Positions 9,526 through 16,803 are shown, counted from the first letter of the stretch. The stretch: 64,000 nt of DNA from a virus (IMGVR_UViG_3300047463_000135:1-64000); one strand, 5' to 3'. The notes: a model not told the origin generated them from the letters alone. Translations and numbers: made by a program.

Positions 9526-10185
9526 ATGTTTAATTTACCAGATGCACAACAACCAGAACTTAAGACAGTTACTTACTTAGGTGGTGAACTTAAAGTTCCT
9601 GTAAACCATAACTGGGTTGCTGTTATTAAAATGGGTGCTGCTGCTTACCATGCATGCTTACTTGCAAGCTTTGCAAATAAACCTGTACTTGGTGAAACAG
9701 GTGTTCAATATGTTCCTGTTGATAAGGATTTCACTATCCTTGGTCAAGTAGAACATGTTAACCCAGAAGAGCTTGTAAACTCTCTACGTCAAGTAGATGG
9801 TTACCAAGACAACTTGGAAATCTTATTAGCTAACTCAGAAGAGCTTGCATACAAAATTGGTGCAATTGTCTCTAATCCTGAATTAACTAAAGAAGGTAAA
9901 CTACACGCATTATTCTGCAAAGATCACGGCGTATTCTCTGAATTTGTAGCTTACTCAGGTGATACTATCGAAGCCCTTCTAGATGCTCAAGATGAAGCAG
10001 AAGAAGAGGAAGAAGGTGAAATCCCTGCAGAAGTACAAGCAGCTCTTAAACAAGCTGTAGACAAGTTCTTAACAGAAGCTGCAGAAGCAACTGCTGAACA
10101 ACCTGCTAAACCACGTATTCGTGTTATCCATGCAGGTTCAATCGAAGAAGCATTAGCTCAATTGGGTTTAAACCAACAACGCTAA
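9526..10185 (+). CDS. Acidic-tail protein (DEAEEEEEGEIPAE), hypothetical
   Basis: 219 aa with a strongly acidic C-terminal segment; strong GC3 codon bias suggests high expression. Confidence 0.5.
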   Translation: MFNLPDAQQPELKTVTYLGGELKVPVNHNWVAVIKMGAAAYHACLLASFANKPVLGETGVQYVPVDKDFTILGQVEHVNPEELVNSLRQVDGYQDNLEILLANSEELAYKIGAIVSNPELTKEGKLHALFCKDHGVFSEFVAYSGDTIEALLDAQDEAEEEEEGEIPAEVQAALKQAVDKFLTEAAEATAEQPAKPRIRVIHAGSIEEALAQLGLNQQR

Positions 10186-10206
10186 TAGCTTCTTACTAAA
10201 CACAAA

Positions 10207-10234
10207 ATAGCCCTTAATTGGGCTATTTTTTATT
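10207..10234 (+). terminator. Rho-independent terminator (AGCCCTTAATTGGGCT + T7)
   Basis: Read directly. Confidence 0.65.
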
Positions 10235-10529
10235 GGAGGTTTTTATGCGTATCGCTGTACAACTGCCAGAAGGTTATCCACATGTGCTCATGATATTAGT
10301 AGATGTTTTCTTTAGACAAGGTTATAGAACTCATCCGAGACATAACCCAGCATCTACATATCAGACTTGGTATATGTATGACACAGAAACCAAGAAACAC
10401 TTTGCAGACTTTCATCCTGCTAAGGATTACTCAATGCGTGTATGGGATGATGCCTTAGAAACTCAACTTAAATTAGTACCTGAGGAAGCTTGGGACATAT
10501 ACATAGCAGGTGAACCTAATGGGAAGTAA
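10218..10529 (+). CDS. Small early protein, family member (QLKLVPEEAWDIYIAGEPNG)
   Basis: C-terminal motif variant. Confidence 0.4.
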   Translation: MGYFLLEVFMRIAVQLPEGYPHVLMILVDVFFRQGYRTHPRHNPASTYQTWYMYDTETKKHFADFHPAKDYSMRVWDDALETQLKLVPEEAWDIYIAGEPNGK

Positions 10530-10827
10530 ATATCAATTATTCTACGTAGACTTAAAGCTACGTAATCAATTTAATACATTGGTTTCAGATGCTGAGCATG
10601 TCTATAGACGTAATACTGCTAGTGCATATTTCACTATGCATGTAGTAAAGCGTTATGACAGTAATAATGAAGTTGAACACGCAGATATCATTATTGATGC
10701 TAGTCGCAGAAACTTCGGTCAGAAATATCATCGTATCACTGAACAACTAGTTACTGAACTAACTCTCATACCAAGAGAAGCTCGTTGGGCTTATCTACAG
10801 GAGATAATCAATGAGCCAACAACGTAA
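10510..10827 (+). CDS. Small early protein, family member (ELTLIPREARWAYLQEIINE)
   Basis: C-terminal motif present. Confidence 0.5.
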   Translation: MNLMGSKYQLFYVDLKLRNQFNTLVSDAEHVYRRNTASAYFTMHVVKRYDSNNEVEHADIIIDASRRNFGQKYHRITEQLVTELTLIPREARWAYLQEIINEPTT

Positions 10828-11110
10828 TTATATTCAGTTGATGTTTAACTCAAATACATCACGCTATAAGACAGACATCTTAATTTTGTTGCATGATCAC
10901 CAGTATGATCTTAAGTGGAATAACCCAGGTAAATTAAATGCTGACTCATTTAACTTTTTAGTTATATGTCCTAAGCAGAAGGTTGCTACCTGGAAGACTA
11001 TTCAAACAGAAGACACCATTACAGTTGTTGATGGTGGTTTCATAGCTCAATATGAGCTAATACATACCATTAGTCCTTTAGCTGCTTATGAGTGGCTTAT
11101 AGGAGGTTAG
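10811..11110 (+). CDS. Small early protein (C-terminus ISPLAAYEWLIGG)
   Basis: 99-aa ORF. Confidence 0.4.
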   Translation: MSQQRNYIQLMFNSNTSRYKTDILILLHDHQYDLKWNNPGKLNADSFNFLVICPKQKVATWKTIQTEDTITVVDGGFIAQYELIHTISPLAAYEWLIGG

Positions 11111-11156
11111 CTTGGCTTGTGAGCTTCGCTCACTTGGGTGATTAATCGTAAGGTCT

Positions 11157-11372
11157 TTGGAGACTACAATGTTAACACCTAAGAACTTTAGTGATCGTCA
11201 CCAGAAGTCACTTAGTACTTTCGCAAAAGCTCATGATGAGTTACAGCAACTTCACATTGACTTAGTTAATGAAGAAGAAACTGCTGCTAAACATCTTGCT
11301 GCTTTGAAAGCACGTCGTGAAGCTGTTGAACAATCACTGAATACTTTGCGTCCTCTAGTAGGACAAAAGTAA
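11157..11372 (+). CDS. Small coiled-coil protein
   Basis: 71-aa ORF. Confidence 0.35.
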   Translation: METTMLTPKNFSDRHQKSLSTFAKAHDELQQLHIDLVNEEETAAKHLAALKARREAVEQSLNTLRPLVGQK

Positions 11373-11809
11373 TGCACTAGAAGAGCGTCCCCGACAAGGC
11401 TCGAAGGAAGTGCAACAACAGTTTGGCAGAAGCTGTATAAAAACTGCCACCCAGATTTACACCAAAGCCAAAACCTAGGTAGGTTCGATACCTACGGATT
11501 CACATAAGATTCTTCTAAGGTAGACAAAGGACATTAGGTGTTGCGAAAGAGATCAATGAAATGGCAACTCTTAGCCCTCACATTCCAGAGGCAATTGCGT
11601 CAAGTAAATGACAAAGGGAATGATTCATCGGGGAGGTAAACCAATAGATCACTTTTGCAATTGCTCTATTCCTCCCCACCATAATGGGCCTAGTAGTTAG
11701 GTACGCTAACTGAGTTGGTTAGAAGAGAGTTCAATGCTCTCTAGGTCCACCTATTAATTCATTAGGGAAGAAGTAATTCGCCCTACTCCTTCACCTAAAG
11801 GATTAAACC
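11373..11809. other. ORF-free, GC-elevated structured region; includes the long imperfect hairpin GGGGAGG...CCTCCCC (11630-11677) and a T-arm-like hairpin at 11479-11495
   Basis: Neither strand has an ORF of 60 aa or more; the base composition differs visibly from the flanks; hairpins read directly. Confidence 0.3.
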
Positions 11810-12130
11810 ATGAATGTTTATATTCCATTCTGTATGGCTATGCTTGAGCATTTAAACAAAGAGCTTAGTGTAGATGCTTATAGATTACGTGCACTAAATA
11901 TTAGTGATAATTGTAGAGCATGGGTTCACTTTAATATTGAAACTCAAGTATGGACTTATTTTGAAGTTGAAGTAGACCACAAGAGCTATTACATATGGCA
12001 CTTAGGTACGTACGAAGACTTCACTGCTTTATTACTTATTAGTGATAGTCATGCTCGTTATGCGTATGCACAAGCTAATTGTAAGACTGGTAAAGTTATC
12101 CATGGAGAAGCTCATTATGGAAGCAAATAA
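11810..12130 (+). CDS. Hypothetical protein
   Basis: 106-aa ORF. Confidence 0.45.
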   Translation: MNVYIPFCMAMLEHLNKELSVDAYRLRALNISDNCRAWVHFNIETQVWTYFEVEVDHKSYYIWHLGTYEDFTALLLISDSHARYAYAQANCKTGKVIHGEAHYGSK

Positions 12131-12419
12131 ACCATTACAACGCTATGCGTTTATTCACTTTAATGAACACATAGCAAAAGAAGTTGCTGAACTTTATGAG
12201 AAGGATTATCCATACTTCGATGATGTTAAGCATCCTAATACAATTCGTATTGATGTAGTTAAGATGAATTACGTACTAGCTAGAACAACTAACAGTGGTT
12301 TTCAGAGACCATTTCTTGATTCTAGTGTTATTCATTTCTTCCCTATGATACCTACACCAGAAGCTCGTCAGTTGCTTCTAGAGGACTTGTATGCAGACCT
12401 TGGACGTAGTGAGACTTAA
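12117..12419 (+). CDS. Small early protein, family member (PMIPTPEARQLLLEDLYADL)
   Basis: C-terminal motif present; start placed at the ATG overlapping the upstream stop. Confidence 0.45.
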   Translation: MEANKPLQRYAFIHFNEHIAKEVAELYEKDYPYFDDVKHPNTIRIDVVKMNYVLARTTNSGFQRPFLDSSVIHFFPMIPTPEARQLLLEDLYADLGRSET

Positions 12420-12687
12420 ATACACATCCCAAGCTCATGACTTCGTTAAAGAGCGTATGACGCAATATGGGTCTACGCCAGACAAACCAAACATAATTGT
12501 AGTGTTTCTTATCCCCGGTAGGTACATGTTAATTGACACAACTATCGTGTATTTAACACATACAGTTCGTTCACCCAAACACCAACCACTTGTACCTTTT
12601 AATGTATTTAAAGTATTGCTGATTATGCCTACAGGCGAAGCAAGACTTGAATATGCTAAACATAAGATACGACGTAAGTGGGACTAA
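12391..12687 (+). CDS. Small early protein, family member (PLVPFNVFKVLLIMPTGEARLEY)
   Basis: C-terminal motif present, plus the PLVPF-V motif shared with the gene at 7765. Confidence 0.5.
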   Translation: MQTLDVVRLKYTSQAHDFVKERMTQYGSTPDKPNIIVVFLIPGRYMLIDTTIVYLTHTVRSPKHQPLVPFNVFKVLLIMPTGEARLEYAKHKIRRKWD

Positions 12688-12887
12688 ATGATCTTAGGAT
12701 TGTTTAGGGGAATTATCTTGCTACTCCACCTCTGCCCTGATACCGCAGATGCGTGCATGTAATGACCTGCTGTAACAGGCTCTGGTGATGGACCTCTACA
12801 TTTACAGATGTTATGTAACTCACTTTGATAATTCCACCTAAGCAATTCTGCTTAATTTCGATGACAACTTAATATAGGAATATTCCC

Positions 12888-13487
12888 ATGTCACAAATTA
12901 TTGATGCTTCAACTCGTGCTCTTGCTCAACAAGCTGCAACTACTAATAAAACTATTGCTCAGTTAGTTGCAACTATTGATGGTCAAGTTGTTGAAATCCA
13001 AACCAATGCAAACACTATTGCTGATCAAGAAAACATGATCGCAGCAAATGAAAAGCGTATCGAATCAGAAGTGCGTAATGCAGCTGCTGAAATTCGCTTA
13101 CAAGTAAAAGAAGACCGTAAAGCAGTACTGTCTACTTTATTAGGTGAAGAAGGTTTAGTAGCTACTACTCAAGCTGAAATTGACGAAACAAACCAACAGA
13201 TTCAAGACTTAGAAGCTAAAGCTGCTCGTACTGAATTTGATGCTGTTCGTGTTGCTGAAAGCAAATTACACGCTCAATACAAAGGTCAGATTTCTAACCT
13301 TGAAGCAGATCATAAAGTTGCTATTGCTACTTATACTGCTAATGCTCAACGTGATGCAGAAATCATTGATAGCTTGCGTAAGCAAGTTGCTGGTCTTGAA
13401 AAGACTATTGAAGCTAACCGTGAAGCTGAAACTGCACGTACAACTGCAATGGCTCAACCTGCGGTTACTATTAACCAAGGTAAATAA
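12888..13487 (+). CDS. Ala/Gln/Glu-rich coiled-coil protein
   Basis: 199 aa, low complexity and helical. Confidence 0.5.
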   Translation: MSQIIDASTRALAQQAATTNKTIAQLVATIDGQVVEIQTNANTIADQENMIAANEKRIESEVRNAAAEIRLQVKEDRKAVLSTLLGEEGLVATTQAEIDETNQQIQDLEAKAARTEFDAVRVAESKLHAQYKGQISNLEADHKVAIATYTANAQRDAEIIDSLRKQVAGLEKTIEANREAETARTTAMAQPAVTINQGK

Positions 13488-13602
13488 GTTTTGACGAGCT
13501 GACCTAATCAATCAGCTAAAGTACATGGTGGTGTGAAACCAGACCCATCACAGCTTGTAAGAGCAGCCACCATGGACGAGTCAAATTAAATAGGAATTAC
13601 TT

Positions 13603-13866
13603 ATGAATGCATACTGGCTTACAGCTATTATCTTCATGGTTCTTGTTGGTACTACCTGTGCTCTGTTAATTAAACACTGGCCTCCTCTACGAGACTCAAA
13701 TGACATTGAGTTTGCGTGGGGTTGTGCCTTTGTATTAACAGTTGTATGTGGCCTTGCATGGCCTGCATTTATTGTAATAGCCATTATCGTATTTGCGATC
13801 TGGCTTCTATACACAGCAATCAACAAGCTAATTAACAAACGTAAAGGAAACAAAGATGCTTCGTAA
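13603..13866 (+). CDS. Small membrane protein (2-3 TM)
   Basis: 87 aa, hydrophobic. Confidence 0.4.
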   Translation: MNAYWLTAIIFMVLVGTTCALLIKHWPPLRDSNDIEFAWGCAFVLTVVCGLAWPAFIVIAIIVFAIWLLYTAINKLINKRKGNKDAS

Positions 13867-14671
13867 AATCGCATTAGGGTTCATCATGGCTGCTTCTGTA
13901 GCTATGACTGCATGTAGCCCGGTTACTAAAGTTACTGACGCAGAAGTTGGTATCCGTACTACATTCTCTGGTGAGATTGAAGACAAGGTCTTAGACCAAG
14001 GCTTCCACCAAGTTGTAGTAGGTGATGTAACCAAGGTATCTAAGCGTAACCTTATCTTAGAAGTTAAAACCAATCCTATTACAGTAGAGAAAGTACCAAT
14101 GGCTGCTTTCGTTACTAAAATCAACTACGGTATTGTTCCTGCAAATGCTGCTATCGCATATAAGACTGAGAAATCTCAGAACTTAGATAACGATGGCGAA
14201 GTCATGTTGTTAGGTAAATATATCAGTGACATTACAGATGCTTCTGTACAGACTGCTGTAAGCAAGTACAAGGCATTAGAAGTCAATGATAACCGTACAG
14301 CAATTGAAGCTGCTATTAAGGATGAACTTAATAAGCGTCTCAAGCTTGCAGGTAAAGATCGCTTCGTTACTGTTAATGAAATTAACGTATTAGAAGTTAA
14401 ACCACACGCATCAATTGTTGCTTCCTCTTTAGCAATCGTTAATAGTCAGAATGCTTTGAAAACAAAGCAGAATGAGTTAGAAACAGCTAAGGTAGAAACG
14501 GAAGTTAAGCGTGTATTAGCAGAAAATGCATCTGAAAAGTACATTGACTTGCAACGTGCAGAAGCTGAATTAACTAAAGCTCAAGCACTTAAAATTGCTG
14601 CTGAAAAGGGTACATTAAACTCAATGGTCATCGTGCCTGAAAAGTTTAGTTCTCTTGGTGCAATTAAATAG
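13856..14671 (+). CDS. Lipoprotein (signal peptide with lipobox MTAC) with a long helical C-terminal region; possibly SPFH/band-7-like
   Basis: N-terminus MLRKIALGFIMAASVAMTAC; coiled-coil C-terminus. The family assignment is tentative. Confidence 0.45.
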   Translation: MLRKIALGFIMAASVAMTACSPVTKVTDAEVGIRTTFSGEIEDKVLDQGFHQVVVGDVTKVSKRNLILEVKTNPITVEKVPMAAFVTKINYGIVPANAAIAYKTEKSQNLDNDGEVMLLGKYISDITDASVQTAVSKYKALEVNDNRTAIEAAIKDELNKRLKLAGKDRFVTVNEINVLEVKPHASIVASSLAIVNSQNALKTKQNELETAKVETEVKRVLAENASEKYIDLQRAEAELTKAQALKIAAEKGTLNSMVIVPEKFSSLGAIK

Positions 14672-14724
14672 AGTCCTTCGGACTCTTGACTGATTTGTGA
14701 TTCTCTTATAGGATCTCAAATCTT

Positions 14725-14808
14725 GGAAGATAGCGTACTGGGTACAAAGCGGTTTTGAACGCCGTGCTGTCCTAACGGGCAATAGTTCGATTCTATTATC
14801 TTCCGCCA
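14725..14808 (+). tRNA. tRNA-Ser(TGA), class II with long variable arm
   Basis: Acceptor GGAAGAT/ATCTTCC, T-arm AATAG-TTCGATT-CTATT, anticodon loop TTTGAAC, long variable arm, G73, encoded CCA. Confidence 0.6.
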
Positions 14809-14809
14809 T

Positions 14810-14885
14810 ACTACACTAACTCAGTTGGTAGAGTAGCAGACCGATAATCTGTTAGTCCTTGGTTCGAGTCCAAGGTGTAGTACCA
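14810..14885 (+). tRNA. tRNA-Ile(GAT) (anticodon loop CCGATAA, C at position 33)
   Basis: Acceptor ACTACAC/GTGTAGT, D-arm ACTC-AGTTGGTA-GAGT, T-arm CTTGG-TTCGAGT-CCAAG, encoded CCA. Confidence 0.7.
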
Positions 14886-14887
14886 AT

Positions 14888-14962
14888 TGCCGTATAGCTC
14901 AATGGTAGAGCAGCACACTGTTAATGTGTTGGTTACTGGTTCGAGTCCAGTTTCGGCAGCCA
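14888..14962 (+). tRNA. tRNA-Asn(GTT)
   Basis: D-arm GCTC/GAGC, anticodon arm GCACA-CTGTTAA-TGTGT, T-arm ACTGG-TTCGAGT-CCAGT, G73, encoded CCA; one acceptor-stem mismatch. Confidence 0.65.
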
Positions 14963-14968
14963 TCTTCT

Positions 14969-15042
14969 AGCGATGAAGTGTAATGGTTACACGCTTGGCT
15001 CATAACCAAGAGTATTAGGTTCAATTCCTAACTTCGCTTCCA
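14969..15042 (+). tRNA. tRNA-Met(CAT) (elongator-type, or Ile2 if modified to lysidine)
   Basis: D-stem GTGT/ACAC, anticodon arm CTTGG-CTCATAA-CCAAG, T-arm TTAGG-TTCAATT-CCTAA, encoded CCA. Confidence 0.65.
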
Positions 15043-15049
15043 TATATTT

Positions 15050-15119
15050 AGATTACCCTCTGAGAGGAACAAGGTCTCCAAAACCATGTAGCTAGGTTTG
15101 ATTCCTAGGTAATCTGCCA
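15050..15119 (+). tRNA. tRNA-Trp(CCA), short (70 nt) with a reduced D-arm
   Basis: Acceptor AGATTAC/GTAATCT perfect, T-arm CTAGG-TTTGATT-CCTAG, anticodon loop CTCCAAA, encoded CCA; D-arm is noncanonical. Confidence 0.5.
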
Positions 15120-15121
15120 AA

Positions 15122-15607
15122 CAGTACGTGACTGGAGTCTGGTTATCAGTCTTCGTTTGGAACGAAAGTATGAACATTAGAACTTGTAGCAAGTGTGATG
15201 TTGAATACGAGCACTATGGTCAGAAGCACTCAGTATGTAGACCTTGTAAAAGAATCTATGACAGAGAGCAATATGCAAAAAAGACCAAGGAACAAAAGGA
15301 ACATAAACAAGAATTACAGAAACAGCGTTATATCCAAAATCGCCAATATATGTATGATTATTTAAGTACCCATCCTTGCGAAGTATGCGGAGAGTCTGAC
15401 CCAGTAGTACTTGAATTTGATCATTTAGATCAATCAACAAAACATACTGCAGTTGGCCTAATGGCTGACTACTCCTTAACTAAGATTAAGGAAGAAATTG
15501 CAAAGTGCCGTGTTCTATGTGCTAATTGTCATAAGAGACATACAGCAATCCAGATGGACTGGTACAAGCACTTGGTTCGGTAGGTTCAAATCCTACCGTA
15601 CTGACCA
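15122..15607 (+). tRNA. tRNA-Pro(TGG) interrupted at the variable-loop position by about 400 nt encoding an HNH endonuclease (5' part 15122-15168, 3' part about 15575-15607)
   Basis: 5' part: CAGTACG acceptor, ACTG/CAGT D-stem, and anticodon hairpin CTTCG-TTTGGAA-CGAA(A)G. 3' part: T-arm GTAGG-TTCAAAT-CCTAC, acceptor CGTACTG perfectly complementary to the 5' part, A73 and CCA. Confidence 0.55.
15170..15583 (+). CDS. HNH homing endonuclease
   Basis: CxxC...CxxC zinc motifs and the HNH core EFDHLDQ...N...CANCH. The start is taken at MNIRT (15170) because the longer ORF from 15128 would overlap the tRNA 5' half; the stop codon lies inside the tRNA T-stem. Confidence 0.7.
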   Translation: MNIRTCSKCDVEYEHYGQKHSVCRPCKRIYDREQYAKKTKEQKEHKQELQKQRYIQNRQYMYDYLSTHPCEVCGESDPVVLEFDHLDQSTKHTAVGLMADYSLTKIKEEIAKCRVLCANCHKRHTAIQMDWYKHLVR

Positions 15608-15609
15608 AA

Positions 15610-15687
15610 GGATCATTGAAGGGAATTGGTATACCTTCTAGTCTTAGATACTAGAGCTTCTGAGTTCGAGTCTCAGATGATCCACCA
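15610..15687 (+). tRNA. tRNA with anticodon TAG (Leu-like decoding of CUA), but class I structure with a short variable loop
   Basis: Acceptor GGATCAT/ATGATCC perfect, D-stem AAGG/CCTT, anticodon arm CTAGT-CTTAGAT-ACTAG, T-arm CTGAG-TTCGAGT-CTCAG, A73, encoded CCA. Confidence 0.6.
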
Positions 15688-15702
15688 AATTCTATATACT
15701 AG

Positions 15703-15727
15703 CCCGTCTTTATGATGGGCTTTTTGT
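15703..15727 (+). terminator. Rho-independent terminator (AGCCCGTC...GATGGGCT + TTTTT) closing the tRNA cluster
   Basis: Read directly. Confidence 0.65.
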
Positions 15728-15757
15728 TGTAAATCATTTCGTGCTTCGCACGATGTT

Positions 15758-16072
15758 GTGGAGTCCGTTATGGGTATCAAACCTACAGGTGTCTGGGTAA
15801 CAGCAGACAAACTACAAGATTTACATAGACTAGGCTATGAAGAGCTTGGCGGTAGTCTAGGGGATGGATTACATATGATATATGTATTCTTATCCGATTT
15901 AAAAATACTTCAACTAGGTGAAATAAGTTTTCAAACTGAACGTGCACCTTTAGTTGTGCGTAATTTAGATTTACTACCTCAATTATCATTGCTGTTTCAA
16001 ACAGGATTATATGAAGCTATCATTGAGATAGTTCATTCAGAATTAAACCAAGGCCAAGAGGATGATCAGTAA
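15758..16072 (+). CDS. Hypothetical protein
   Basis: 104-aa ORF. Confidence 0.4.
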   Translation: MESVMGIKPTGVWVTADKLQDLHRLGYEELGGSLGDGLHMIYVFLSDLKILQLGEISFQTERAPLVVRNLDLLPQLSLLFQTGLYEAIIEIVHSELNQGQEDDQ

Positions 16073-16803
16073 CAGGTGATCTGCAGTCCCTGTACGCTGT
16101 TTGCGGATATGGTAACTTATCCTAGGCATACTAGTTCCCCTTGGTTTAATAAAGTAGAGAGACGCGGTAATCGAATCCGCCTTGTAGTTTAACGAAAACA
16201 CTCTACGCCTAGACAGTATGACTCGCTCTACTGTCATTCCACCTATGGATTAAATAGGTCAATAAGAACCACTCAACGATCACTACTACAGCCTTGTGCT
16301 AACGTATATCTGCGGTGTGTGTTCTTATTGGGATGTGAATATGCGAACCTGAATATGAGAATAGTAGCCGTTAGCCTAGTAGGTGGAACGTGAGGGTACT
16401 CATTACAGAATGAGGGCTTTACTACAGTTAATCCCATAGAGTACGAGTGTTATAGACTTCGGCTTGAAACTTACAGAGACTCGCAATCTCTGGTATTCAC
16501 ATCACCAATGAGAACACAGCTTGACCCCGGCTTTAGGGGTGCTCACTGGCCCTAGCATGTGGCTTATCACTTGCCCTCGCTCCTTAGGGTATACCTCGGT
16601 GACGATCTTCCTCATTAAGTTTTTATTCGTATGGGATTAATGATAGAGCGTGTAACGTGCAGACAGGGTAAACAACGCCCCATTAGCAGAATAGTCCACT
16701 GTGTCGATACGGACTCTCGAATTCCCAATCAACCCCTCAAGTAGAGCTGTAGTTCTACTTTTTATAGCCCATAAGTCTAACCTCTAGCTTATGGGCTTTT
16801 TTT
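16073..16803 (+). ncRNA. Candidate large structured noncoding RNA (about 730 nt, GC-elevated, ORF-free, terminator at its 3' end)
   Basis: The plus strand has no ORF of 60 aa or more; many local hairpins; the region ends in the strong intrinsic terminator at 16776-16803 and sits beside the tRNA cluster. Confidence 0.3.
16776..16803 (+). terminator. Rho-independent terminator (AGCCCATAAG...CTTATGGGCT + T8)
   Basis: Read directly. Confidence 0.7.

Noticed and set aside
11479-11495. T-arm-like hairpin GTAGG-TTCGATA-CCTAC as a possible tRNA
   Set aside because: No complementary acceptor stem, D-arm or anticodon arm could be built around it; there is no CCA and no acceptor pairing.
13237-13511. 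Overlapping plus-strand (13237..13494) and minus-strand (13266..13511) ORFs
   Set aside because: Both fall inside the 12888..13487 coiled-coil gene. The repetitive AAG/GCT-rich coding sequence generates artefactual open frames.
15128-15169. N-terminal extension (MTGVWLSVFVWNES) of the HNH ORF
   Set aside because: The extension would overlap the 5' half of the tRNA-Pro. An internal ATG at 15170 with a purine-rich RBS gives an N-terminus that starts at the zinc motif.
16480-16560. Similarity of ACAGCTTGACCCCGGCTT to the RNase P RNA 3' conserved region (ACAGAACCCGGCTTA)
   Set aside because: The other RNase P conserved regions (GGAAAGTCCGG and AGGGTGAAA...GGTAAGAGCGCACC) were not found, so the match is probably coincidental.
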